The notes beneath the pieces were generated by a model, which saw nothing but the letters and a program-made list of their open reading frames with translations, was not told the DNA's origin and searched no databases. Made by a program: the position numbers and the translations under genes. DNA of 63,796 nucleotides, counting the filler, from Octopus bimaculoides (Eukaryota), in the NCBI RefSeq assembly GCF_001194135.2. It is 6 parts of 6 records of this genome, joined end to end, with 100 filler letters (N's around TTAATTAATTAA, not from the genome) between each part and the next. Parts side by side here need not be neighbours in the genome. Positions count along the whole stretch, not along the records: positions 6,207 to 28,219 come from NC_068999.1; 5 more parts are not named here. One strand, given 5' to 3'. Of this stretch, positions 11,461-23,650 are shown one piece after another; within the stretch, counting starts at the first letter, position 1, and the number at the start of each line of letters is the position of its first letter.

Positions 11461-12706
11461 TTTCTTCCAAAAATTTAATGCCTTTAGCTTAGATTTTTGG
11501 GGCCTAAGAATCTTGTAACACTACAATAACATAAAATGATACCGTACAGATTTGTGCTGTGTTTTTTTTTTTTTTAATGGCAGATTATGAAATAATGATA
11601 GACTCGGAGACATTTTCACAAATTTAGTTTTCCCTTTGAGTACAGATTATGATAATGTCAATACAATGATACGTTTCCTGTAGTTGCATCTCATAAATCT
11701 AACTGCCTTGCAATTATAAAGACAAAATAATATATCTTAGAGGCCTATAACACTTGCTGTATCCAAACATTTTCTTTGAACTTGAATCATTTTCAATAAT
11801 AATGTTTATGTGAATAACATTTGCGTTTAACACCGAAATTAATGGACTATACCAGACTACATTGGTAAAATCAATTTCTGGAGTTACCAAACTAAAATCA
11901 CATACATTCAAAGATGAAAGAATTGTCACTGTTTTATTTTACCAAATTTCTCCAAATAGAAATGTTCACATAGTTATCATTGACTCATTAAAGGAAATAG
12001 AGATATTAACAGGATAGTCTTCATTGTAATTAATAGTATAATCATTCATAGATAAATACACATTTAAATCATAATTCTGTTGAAAATCTGAACATGTGAG
12101 CTAGCACATTTAACAAATTAGTCGTTATGTATTCATTACTTTAAAGTGCTTCTATTTTAAACAACTAGTTTTAGCGATGTATGTGACTAAATATCGGATT
12201 GCTTCCTGTTTGAGAAGTGCTTCCATTACTTTGCTATCGTTTATCATGTTATTGAATGGTTTATTACGATAGCCTCGTGTGATCTCAGGAGTTGATAATA
12301 TTTGTATAGTATATAAGATATATCTTAACTAATATCGATGTCGCCTTCATTACTTTGCATTAAATGACAACGTTTTAAGAATTTTAGTTTAGCCCATAGT
12401 TTTCATGTTTAATGATAATGAGCAGTGAATGTCGATGAAACAAAAATCTCTAAAGATTAATGACATTGATACATCAATTAGATTATATGATATGGTGACT
12501 TAAGTAACTGGAGAATTACTGAATGTCCTACACAAATAAAACAAAGAATATGCAATGAATTTAAAGGTAGTCTTTATTTGGTGGGAGAACAGCTACTAAG
12601 TCTGTAAGTTTCTAATTAAAATGGAGAAACTTTAAAAACAATCCCTTAATTTTTACAAAAAACTGAATAATCTTGCTTACAAAGTAATATGTTCTGTGGT
12701 AGCAGA

Positions 12707-12726
12707 CACGGCGACATCTACTGAAC
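12707..12726 (-). promoter_or_regulatory. CTCF-like motif
   Basis: The minus strand reads GTTCAGTAGATGTCGCCGTG, close to the CTCF core consensus CCASYAGRKGGCR. Confidence 0.35.
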
Positions 12727-12865
12727 TTTCATTCTTACTATAATTTATTATAATAGTGTATGAAGTTTTGATTTTTAACCATGTAATATATTTTGACGAA
12801 ATTGCTTCAATTTATTTTTCTCTCGATTAGAAAACATACTATAGTCAAAAACATATATAAAAGCA

Positions 12866-13055
12866 AGAGGTGAGCTGGCAGAGTCGATAGCACAACGGCG
12901 AAAATGCTTAGCAGCATTTCGTTCGTCTTCATATTCTGAGTTCAAATTCTGCCGAGGTTAACTTTGCCTTGCATCATTTCGGGTTCGATCAGATAAGTAT
13001 CCGTTGAATACTATTCCCGAACTTACCGGCCTTCTGCTAAAATTTGAAACCAGCA
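12866..13055 (+). mobile_element. SINE family B
   Basis: ggtgagctggcagagtcgatagc...ctgagttcaaattctgccgaggttaactttgccttgcatc...aaatttgaaacc. Confidence 0.85.
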
Positions 13056-14371
13056 TTTCAGTAATGGTTGAGGTTTTGAGTTATGTAAATTATGAAAATT
13101 AGGTAAATGAATTGAAACAAAATATTACTGGTAATTGTTAGACACTCTCCGTGAAAAGGAGGAATATTTTCATTGAATTAAAAATGCAGTAATGAAAAGG
13201 TCGTGTTCTCATGACATGCAAAATCTGATCAGAAAAAAATCTTGACAATTATGTTGTATCAAATAAATCTGAAAACGAAACAATATCACATAGCTTGTAG
13301 ATTACCATACCTATGTTTAGAAATGAACAGTACTATGGTACGGAAAGTGGTGACTTGTGAATCGTTGGTCAGACTATTATAAATAGGAGACACATATCTC
13401 CAATATCACAGCTTCACATCACAAACATGAAAGAAATCTATTCAGAGAGTCGGTATTAAAACAAAACATATGATAATGTTGCAGAAAACATAATGATTAC
13501 GAGGAAAACGGTGATAGGGAAGAGGTTTACATAAATCGTTGCGGAGAAAATGAGAAATGGATCGAGTTAAAATCGAAACGACAAGATGCGTGTATTTGTG
13601 AGCTGTTTTGTGTGGAATACACAGTAATAACGCAGGCAGATTTGTTCGTCAAATAAGCATTACAAGGAGATTGCGGATCCACTGATATTACTATTGCATG
13701 GTTTCGATGAAATCTGTTCAAAGGTGGAGATTTCTTAAGGTATTATGTTTTCTTTACAACTATTACCTACTGTAATCCATAGGTTGTTATAAACATTACA
13801 GACTTTTCTTCAAAGATATTTCACTTAAGGATCGTTGCATCATTTCAGTGTGCTGTGCATATACATTTTATATTTCATCTTAACCATTTAATCACAATGG
13901 ATTTATATTTCTGCTTTTAAGGTGTAAACGTTATTGCTTCAAATACGGTTGATCATACGGCCCGGAGATCAGAGATGGGAATATAGTATATATTCACGTT
14001 GAGAAATTATACTCTTAGTTGTAGATATTTGTAGAAATTAATCTATTTAATCTATCTATTGATAAATATGTTTACGAACAAAAGACAGTAGAGCAGTTTC
14101 TCTTACAAGTTTAAGCATTTGCTCAGGCTGCATATGCATAATCCTGTATGTAGTGAAGATTCCTGAATACATCTATATTCGAATTAAAGATTTTGTCGCT
14201 CGGCTTATTATATATTCTTTTCTGTAAAGTAAACTCGCTTCAAATACATCTATATTTGACACTTGCCATTTCTGGCTTATCGTAAATTTTAACGTGAGAA
14301 AAATTAAAAGGATAAAATTACGTCCATTCTCGCTTAGAAGGTTTAGTTTGTTTTTGAATTAGACATATTTA

Positions 14372-14535
14372 ACCATTCAGCATTTAGTCCGGCCACATGC
14401 GGCCCAAATATTATTCCTATGTTATACTGAAACCGGCGAGATCCAGCCACTCACACTTAATCTACAATGTTATTCTAAGTATAAACAATCATATTTTTAA
14501 ACACTTGAAGCTACAAGATACTTCATGATTAATTT
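14372..14535 (+). mobile_element. piggyBac-type MITE fragment
   Basis: Begins ttaaccattcagc and shares ctacaatgt...cttgaagctacaagata...catgattaat with 1490-1982. Confidence 0.55.
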
Positions 14536-15249
14536 CAGTCCCTGTATGGGGCACCTTGGGAAACTGTCTTGTTTTACAGATTTGGTTCGACCAAATACTC
14601 GACGGTGGTACACTCAAACTGAAAGTAGCACATTATATATGTATGTATATATATATATATATNNNNNNNNNNNNNNNNNNNNNNNNNNNNNNNNNNNNNN
14701 NNNNNNNNNNNNNNNNNNNNNNNNNNNNNNNNNNNNNNNNNNNNNNNNNNNNNNNNNNNNNNNNNNNNNNNNNNNNNNNNNNNNNNNNNNNNNNNNNNNN
14801 NNNNNNNNNNNNNNNNNNNNNNNNNNNNNNNNNNNNNNNNNNNNNNNNNNNNNNNNNNNNNNNNNNNNNNNNNNNNNNNNNNNNNNNNNNNNNNNNNNNN
14901 NNNNNNNNNNNNNNNNNNNNNNNNNNNNNNNNNNNNNNNNNNNNNNNNNNNNNNNNNNNNNNNNNNNNNNNNNNNNNNNNNNNNNNNNNNNNNNNNNNNN
15001 NNNNNNNNNNNNNNNNNNNNNNNNNNNNNNNNNNNNNNNNNNNNNNNNNNNNNNNNNNNNNNNNNNNNNNNNNNNNNNNNNNNNNNNNNNNNNNNNNNNN
15101 NNNNNNNNNNNNNNNNNNNNNNNNNNNNNNNNNNNNNNNNNNNNNNNNNNNNNNNNNNNNNNNNNNNNNNNNNNNNNNNNNNNNNNNNNNNNNNNNNNNN
15201 NNNNNNNNNNNNNNNNNNNNNNNNNNNNTATATATATATATATATGCAC

Positions 15250-15350
15250 TCGGTGGCACATCGGGTTTCTTTCAGTTACCAAAATCCCTCTCACAAGGCT
15301 TTTGTAAACCCGAGTAAAAAGCACTTGTCACACAGTGCCACTAAGCCTGT
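15250..15350 (-). mobile_element. SINE family A fragment
   Basis: gggtttctttcagttacc...ctcacaaggcttt. Confidence 0.7.
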
Positions 15351-16264
15351 GAATACTGCACCAGATGTGTTTTATTTTGATGGTATTTAGAGGTGTTGCT
15401 TACGGTCTTCTTTTCGTTGAAGTATCAGGGCAAGTAGGCCAGGTTCTAGCAGGACCCTGCTGAAAAAAGTTTGGCGTGGCACAATCCACATTTGTCCGTG
15501 ACATCTTCTTCCCCGCAGATCTATCATAGGCATATCTGTGGTTCCTATTTCTGATTGTGGGTTTACTACAGTTGCCCATGATGTTAGTTTCATTCTAGCT
15601 TGTCCTATGCGAAATGTTTCCTCTGATATATCATTCTTACTCCATTTTGCTCACTTGGAATAACTACAAACTAAGACGACTTTCTGATCTTGTCTCTGAT
15701 AAGTGTAACGTTATTATAGCTGAAGCCTAGTTCATAAGCAAGGAAACATGTAAGGAACACATTGCACTCTCTACTGCTCTTTAGTTATTGTTTACGACAA
15801 TGCGGTACACAGCGGCCATATGCCTCTTCCTGAAGCAATATCTTTAACATCTAACGTGGTATTCACCAGGCTTTAGTATTTTAATAGTCATGATATCTAT
15901 GCACCGTAATCACTCTACTGGTTTGCAAATAAAATAAATATTCATTGTAGAACTGGTATATTATGAAAAAGAAAAAAAAAGAAAGAGACGTTTTGGTGAG
16001 ATTTCATTTTATTGAACGCAGACAGATTTGTCTTCTATGAAATTTTAACTTTAATGAAGTTTTCTTTTATCAATAGACTTTTACTCAAAGTAACTGCATA
16101 GGAAAATTTCTCATCAATTCAGATGTATTTCTAACATTCATCATTGGAGATAAGAGATAGAGACAGGCAATTGGAATTCATATTCCTATTCTACTCGAGA
16201 ATCTCAGTATGTATGTTTGTATGAATGTATGTATGTATGTATACATGTATATGTAATATACATA

Positions 16265-16321
<57 letters not shown>

Positions 16322-18475
16322 ATGTATATACATACATATACACACACGCACAGACACACACACATATATATGTGTGTGTGTATGTGTGCTTAAAAATATA
16401 TATGGGTGTATAGTGTGTGCCTGTTCACAACCGTGTGTACGTATTTGAATGTGCGTGTACGTGACTTACGAGCGATGAGTTCAATATGGTCACTGTGTTG
16501 ATGAACTAGCCGATAATAATAGCAAACCTCCAGGAATTCTTTGTCACTTATTAATAGTATATCCAACTCGTTTCAATTTCCTGTGTGTCATTTATACCAA
16601 TACTGAGATTGGCAATATGGAAATAAGAATACCCCCTCTCCATGTAGTCGTCTGGTTCATATATATTCATTTCTTCCTACCGCGATATATAATGAAAATT
16701 CCCATGTCAATGCGTTCAGGTTAATATTTCGATCTCTGCTGGGTAACAGTCTTAGATTAGAACTGTAATTCTAAACGAGTTTTCTACAAGAATCTGTTGG
16801 TTCTTAAACTGAAACATGCTATCACATTCTTGTCTCCCCTACTCCCATTCAGGGACTTTCAATACATATATGTGTGTGCACGCGTGTGTACATATATGCA
16901 AACATACAGGAACTGATATATATATATATATATATATATNNNNNNNNNNNNNNNNNNNNNNNNNNNNNNNNNNNNNNNNNNNNNNNNNNNNNNNNNNNNN
17001 NNNNNNNNNNNNNNNNNNNNNNNNNNNNNNNNNNNNNNNNNNNNNNNNNNNNNNNNNNNNNNNNNNNNNNNNNNNNNNNNNNNNNNNNNNNNNNNNNNNN
17101 NNNNNNNNNNNNNNNNNNNNNNNNNNNNNNNNNNNNNNNNNNNNNNNNNNNNNNNNNNNNNNNNNNNNNNNNNNNNNNNNNNNNNNNNNNNNNNNNNNNN
17201 NNNNNNNNNNNNNNNNNNNNNNNNNNNNNNNNNNNNNNNNNNNNNNNNNNNNNNNNNNNNNNNNNNNNNNNNNNNNNNNNNNNNNNNNNNNNNNNNNNNN
17301 NNNNNNNNNNNNNNNNNNNNNNNNNNNNNNNNNNNNNNNNNNNNNNNNNNNNNNNNNNNNNNNNNNNNNNNNNNNNNNNNNNNNNNNNNNNNNNNNNNNN
17401 NNNNNNNNNNNNNNNNNNNNNNNNNNNNNNNNNNNNNNNNNNNNNNNNNNNNNNNNNNNNNNNNNNNNNNNNNNNNNNNNNNNNNNNNNNNNNNNNNNNN
17501 NNNNNNNNNNNNNNNNNNNNNNNNNNNNNNNNNNNNNNNNNNNNNNNNNNNNNNNNNNNNNNNNNNNNNNNNNNNNNNNNNNNNNNNNNNNNNNNNNNNN
17601 NNNNNNNNNNNNNNNNNNNNNNNNNNNNNNNNNNNNNNNNNNNNNNNNNNNNNNNNNNNNNNNNNNNNNNNNNNNNNNNNNNNNNNNNNNNNNNNNNNNN
17701 NNNNNNNNNNNNNNNNNNNNNNNNNNNNNNNNNNNNNNNNNNNNNNNNNNNNNNNNNNNNNNNNNNNNNNNNNNNNNNNNNNNNNNNNNNNNNNNNNNNN
17801 NNNNNNNNNNNNNNNNNNNNNNNNNNNNNNNNNNNNNNNNNNNNNNNNNNNNNNNNNNNNNNNNNNNNNNNNNNNNNNNNNNNNNNNNNNNNNNNNNNNN
17901 NNNATATATATATATATATATATACGATATTGATATAGACATTCAGGCAGACAGGTAGATATAGATAGGCAGAAAGATAGATAGATAGATACATCTTTTT
18001 TGGGACAAATACACTTACGCACTATATATTCGTTCTTCACTCGTTTATTACTCTTCCTATTTTAAACTCGTGCCTATTGTCCGAAAATCTTTTATCACAC
18101 ATCGGTGACCTCTTTTGCGATACCTTTCCCCTTCGTGTGCACTCACTTAGTCCATTCTCTTTTTATATGATGTGTACGCACGTCTATGTGTTTCACAAGT
18201 GTACTTATGTGTATATATCGGCTAAGCGATTTATATTTTTGTCGTCGTTACCATCGTTCTTCTTAGTTGCCCCATGACCCTTCTCTCACCCTGTTCCCAC
18301 CCTTCTTGCCACTGCTGCTACCCTTGACTTTTGATACCGTACTTGTTTCTCTGTGTGTGTGTGTTCTCTTACGCTGCTGCCAAGTTGGTTGTTGTTGTTG
18401 TTGGTCGCATTGTTGATGCTGTTGCGGCCGTTTGTGAAGTTAGTGTATGTGTGTTTGTGTGTGTATATGGGTTCA

Positions 18476-18835
18476 CTTTTACTCTTTTACTTGTTTCAGT
18501 CATTTGAGTGCGGCCATGCTGGAGCACGGTCTTTAGTCGAGCAAATCGACCCCAGGACTTAGTACTTATAAGCCTAGTACTTATTCCATCGAACTCTTTT
18601 GCAGAACCGCTAGGTTACGTGGATATAAATACACCAACATGGGTTTCCAAGCGATGTTGAGGGGACAAACACAGAGACACAAACCCACACACATTCACAC
18701 ACGCACACACAAACACACACACACAAACACAAACACACACAGACACACACATACATATATACGTGTATATATATATAAATATGACGGGTTTCTTTCAGTT
18801 TCCATCTAACAAATCCACTCACTATTGATACATTT
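18476..18835 (-). mobile_element. SINE family A (3' two thirds)
   Basis: actcttttacttgtttcagtcatttgagtgcggccatgctggagcac...gacgggtttctttcagtttccatct. Confidence 0.9.
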
Positions 18836-18849
18836 GTTGATATGAATGG

Positions 18850-19590
18850 TGTACACTGGAGATGCTGCCAACGAATTTTCTGCGAGAAACTGGAAATGAA
18901 AGATTTACAGCAAAACTTGTGCCTCGCTTCCTCACAGAAGATCAAACGCTCTCTCTTCACCTGTGTCGTAAACTGAAAGAACAGTTAGAAGTTGATCTGG
19001 ATNNNNNNNNNNNNNNNNNNNNNNNNNNNNNNNNNNNNNNNNNNNNNNNNNNNNNNNNNNNNNNNNNNNNNNNNNNNNNNNNNNNNNNNNNNNNNNNNNN
19101 NNNNNNNNNNNNNNNNNNNNNNNNNNNNNNNNNNNNNNNNNNNNNNNNNNNNNNNNNNNNNNNNNNNNNNNNNNNNNNNNNNNNNNNNNNNNNNNNNNNN
19201 NNNNNNNNNNNNNNNNNNNNNNNNNNNNNNNNNNNNNNNNNNNNNNNNNNNNNNNNNNNNNNNNNNNNNNNNNNNNNNNNNNNNNNNNGCACTCCGTCGA
19301 TTACCATGTCGAGGGTTCCAGTTAATCCTATCAATGGATTATCAAACTCTTCACCTGTGTCGTAAACTGAAAGAACAGTTAGAAGTTGATCTGGATGTTT
19401 GGCATCGAAAACTTTAATAGGCTTCGCTTCGCAAGAGTCCCAGCATTGGTTGGAACAGTGGAAACTGCGCCTGGTCCGATGCATTGCTTCGGATGTAGAA
19501 TATTTTGTAGGCGGTGAAAGTATACGCATTTAAATCTGAAAGAATAAATAATTTTGCAAAGTTCCCGTTTCTTTTGTGTATCCCCTCGTA
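18850..19590 (+). mobile_element. mariner transposon remnant (internally deleted, right end preserved)
   Basis: Translates, with frameshifts, CQRIFCEKLEMK / RFTAKLVPRFLTEDQ (VPRLLT linker motif), then WLEQWKLRLVRCIASDVEYFVGG (mariner C-terminus KCI..G.YFEG). Ends ...cccctcgTA, the reverse complement of a TACGAGGG-type TIR. Confidence 0.85.
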
Positions 19591-19675
19591 TACATGTATA
19601 TATTGTTTGTGTGCATTTCTACTCATCTTACAAAGCCCTCTTTCATTTTCTATCGCTCCTATTTCTTTTCCGAAT

Positions 19676-20052
19676 GGAGGCACAATGGCCCAGTGGTTAA
19701 GGCAGCGGACTTGCGGTCACAGGATCGCATATTCGATTCCCAGACCGAGCGTTGTGAGTGTTTATTGAGCGGAAACACTTAAAGCTCCACGAGGCTCCAG
19801 TAGGGGGTGGTGGTGAACCCTGCTGTACTCTTTCGCCTCAATTTCTCTCACTCTTTCTTCCTGTTTCTGTTGTACCTGTAATTCAAGGGACCAGCTTTGT
19901 CACACTGTGTCACGCTGAATATCTACGTTAAGGGTACACGTGCCTGTGGAGTGCTCAGCCAATTGCACGTTAATTTCACGAGCAGGCTGTTCCATTGATA
20001 GGATTAACTGGAACCCTCGACATGGTAATCGACGGAGTGCCAACAACAACAA
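19676..20052 (+). mobile_element. SINE family C, full length, tRNA-derived head
   Basis: A-box TGGCCCAGTGG (19686-19696), B-box-like attcgattcc (19731-19740), 3' end gacggagtgcc(aac)n. Flanked by a similar atttctttt(t)ccg repeat. Confidence 0.9.
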
Positions 20053-21261
20053 TTTCTTTTCCGTATGACAATCCGCAAAAATATTCAGATTATTTTTCGG
20101 TAACGATATTAGTTTCGTTTTATGAAAAAATTCTAAAGCATTAGAAATTTTATTGCAACGATATATTTCAACGGGGAAAAAAGCTTGAGGTTTTCTATAA
20201 CGATGGTCCACCACACCGTGTTTTTCATCACAACAGACTTTATCTCCATCAACTGTAATCAAGAATCTCGATTTCTATTAGCAGTAATCCACTCAACCCC
20301 TCCCCAATAAACGCTGGCATTGTGCCAGAATATGAACCCATCATTATTATACTGCCACTCTCTATGTCTCACGAACGCTGAACTGGTCTTGCTTTTCTAA
20401 TCAGCTGTGTTACACGGCTTGTATCTTACTTGTATTTCTCGATTATGGGATTATGCGGAGCCAATTTGCTTCCGCCAAATTTCGGTCTTACTTTTGCCTT
20501 AAACACCCATTAATAATAGTTGTTTCCATTGTACTACAAGCGAGAAAGGCACGCTCGGCAGTAAATAATAGCTTCCCCTCATTAACATATGTCTATTGTT
20601 AATGTAATCTCTAGCGTGTAAAGTATCAATTTCAATTTACATAAGATTTTGTACATATATATATATATATATATATAGTGGGGTAATTGTGCGTAATTAG
20701 CAGATTGAATGAAAATAATTTCCCCGTTGGGATATATGGTGCTTAACTATCATTGTAACTTCAATTATAATCTTCAAACGTGTAGCTCGAGATCTTGTTA
20801 TATGTTGTAGTGACCGATTATGTGAGTAAACAATCACAGACCACTAAAACATTTGAATACATTATATGAATTACTAAATGACTGCGTAAAACATTTTCGG
20901 TGATCAACTCACTGGTCATCTCCCTGTTCGACACACAGGCTCTCTGGAAAAATGAGTAGTATATTCGTGATGCGATGAATATCACTACTAGTTGTAGCAG
21001 TAATGCACACATACTTGGATATAAAAACGTAATTAAATAATATGCACTTGGAATTACCTAACTCTATAGAGTTATTAAGCCAAGGTACTTTCTACAGTTA
21101 TTAAGTCAATGTGCTTATTAGAATAAGGAAACGAATAGATTAGTGCATGAGAAAGCATATACATAAACATAAATATGCATATATACATGTGTGTATACTC
21201 ACGCAAACGCTCAAACACGCACACAGCTCCCACAAACACACACACACACACACACGCACGC

Positions 21262-21625
21262 ATATATATCCATTCCAGAAATCTTTCAGGTGAGTCATAT
21301 AAGTACAAACTCTAATCTCCTTCAAATAGGCACTGCTGTCATGAGTGTACTTGCCGTGGGGCTCCAGTTGCTTCTTAATTGCCCCGCCGAGGTCCTAAAA
21401 GTTCATGACTCTTGGACACAACTTCACAGAGATCCAGGTCTGGATTCTGAGGAGGAAGAGAAGCAGTATTTATGCCCATTTCTGTAAAGTAGTTCGTTAC
21501 ATATATAGAATTGTGAAAGGGTGCTTTGCCTTGGTTCAGATGCTCTGGACATTTGCGATGAAATTTATTTCTAAACTCTCCCAAATCTTCACGAAGTAAC
21601 CTTTCTTCACCGTCGTTCACTACTC
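21262..21625 (-). mobile_element. mariner transposase 3' remnant
   Basis: Minus-strand GEFRNKFHRKCPEHLNQGKAPFH...EMGINTASLPPQNPDLDLCE is a degenerate HQDNAP.H...HPPYSPDLAPCD. The 3' end tttgaaggagatt...ttctggaatg is shared with the 54420-54970 copy. Confidence 0.8.
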
Positions 21626-22644
21626 ATACATACAAGTTAATGCATAAAAAAAGTGGCGATGTCATAGATTTCTATAGTACTTTTTGGTCAGTATAACATA
21701 AATACCAATGACATAAAAACTTCCAATTATCAGCATATCTTCACTGTCTTCTGTAAACTAGCCAGCTTTGTATAATGTGCTGAAGCTACTATTAAAGCCA
21801 TCTGTTTCAATTCAAAGTAACAATTCTTGGTAGGTCAGCTTATTCCATGTATAGTAATGATATACTAAATGTACATTAATACAGCCCTGTTATAACTGTC
21901 TCGAATACAAAAAAAGCTGAAATCTAAATGCACTTCGTACATGCACACACACGCACGCATACACACATANNNNNNNNNNNNNNNNNNNNNNNNNNNNNNN
22001 NNNNNNNNNNNNNNNNNNNNNNNNNNNNNNNNNNNNNNNNNNNNNNNNNNNNNNNNNNNNNNNNNNNNNNNNNNNNNNNNNNNNNNNNNNNNNNNNNNNN
22101 NNNNNNNNNNNNNNNNNNNNNNNNNNNNNNNNNNNNNNNNNNNNNNNNNNNNNNNNNNNNNNNNNNNNNNNNNNNNNNNNNNNNNNNNNNNNNNNNNNNN
22201 NNNNNNNNNNNNNNNNNNNNNNNNNNNNNNNNNNNNNNNNNNNNNNNNNNNNNNNNNNNNNNNNNNNNNNNNNNNNNNNNNNNNNNNNNNNNNNNNNNNN
22301 NNNNNNNNNNNNNNNNNNNNNNNNNNNNNNNNNNNNNNNNNNNNNNNNNNNNNNNNNNNNNNNNNNNNNNNNNNNNNNNNNNNNNNNNNNNNNNNNNNNN
22401 NNNNNNNNNNNNNNNNNNNNNNNNNNNNNNNNNNNNNNNNNNNNNNNNNNNNNNNNNNNNNNNNNNNNNNNNNNNNNNNNNNNNNNNNNNNNNNNNNNNN
22501 NNNNNNNNNNNNNNNNNNNNNNNNNNNNNNNNNNNNNNNNNNNNNNNNNNNNNNNNNNNNNNNNNNNNNNNNNNNNNNNNNNNNNNNNNNNNNNNNNNNN
22601 NNNNNNNNNNNNNNNNNNNNNNNNNNNNNNTATATATATACATA

Positions 22645-22860
22645 TATATATATATATATACGTCAAAATGGTAGAGAAGTAGGGGCCGAAACCGGACGCG
22701 GTTCCTCCTGATGATGTCTTGAGCTAACTGGATCCTATAAAGGAACTGTTGTGGTAGCAGACCACGAAACATGGTTGAAATTCCTCCGGATATGCAAATG
22801 TCCTATTGCTTGGATGTGATCTTGTGACACAAGTGATGACGAGAATTTCAGTCACTGTTT
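22645..22860 (+). mobile_element. Possible Academ-type DNA transposon C-terminal Cys-rich remnant
   Basis: Frameshifted translation gives PDAVPPDDVL...ccGSR...KHG/LKFLRICKC...CDTSDDE, resembling the Cys-rich zinc finger that follows the XPG-like domain in such elements. Confidence 0.3.
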
Positions 22861-23650
22861 ATTCTGTTTTTTAATATATTGTTTGAAAATATTTTTGTGT
22901 TACAGTCAGATTTAATGATAGTTATTTTATTTGTTTATGTTCACATACATTTTTAGGAAAACTTAAAATGTTTAAGCGTATAATTACTATTACAAGATTT
23001 CGATTCTTTCGGCGTGAAAATGACTAAAGATCGTCGGCATTAAACGTACTAGATCGCAGGTTCCCTACATCCGAGTAACTTGGAACAAATTATAGCGTAT
23101 CACATTTACTGGTTGTCTTCCAAGGTGGACCTGGCCAAGAGTGACATATCATTGCATTTTTGTGTTGTTTTTGGAAAATTGTATTTTGCATTCATCAATA
23201 CAGGGAATGTCTATAAAGCTTTCAGTTTCATATATACTAGGGGGTCGCATCAAGTTATTTATTTTTAATGAGTTTTGTTAACCCTTTTCGACTACCCTAA
23301 TTCCTATTTTGACAAAGCCTATTTCCTGTACAAGATTCCAACATCGCGATTGAACTGACAAATTTAACAATGAATTATATCCTACATCTACGCAAAATTT
23401 CAGTTTAACGAAAAATTTGACATGGCCTTGTTTTTCAACCAAATACTTCTCAATTATAATTGCCTAATTGTTTATATGAAACATAGAAATGCCGAAACAA
23501 GATGGCATGGAGCATATGAAGACACAGTTAGCAGTTAGTTTACGATAATTGGTAGAGATACTTGAAGAAAATGTATTCAACTCTGAATAAGTAAATGTAT
23601 AGTTATTGAAAACATGTATCGGAGAGATATACAGCACATGAATGCAAATG

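Noticed and set aside
13677-13737. DPLILLLHGFDEI resembling a NACHT Walker B or an alpha/beta-hydrolase HGF motif
   Set aside because: The frame is open for only about 33 codons between stops, with no acceptor and no flanking domain sequence. A chance match is likely.
15380-15660. GC-elevated block with a 68-aa minus-strand ORF
   Set aside because: No recognisable motif or splice context. It is probably a decayed retroelement, but I cannot support a call.
19676-19750. tRNA-like A/B boxes (also at 39480-39555 and 41755-41829)
   Set aside because: These are heads of SINE family C, continuous with SINE bodies and TSDs, not tRNA genes.
21270-21500. Apparent plus-strand microexon (ccag|aaatctttcag|gtgagt) and downstream exon
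   Set aside because: The region is better explained as the terminus and transposase of a minus-strand mariner remnant.
22706-22795. Second hammerhead candidate (ctgatga...cgaaac atg gtt)
   Set aside because: Stems I and II do not pair adequately.
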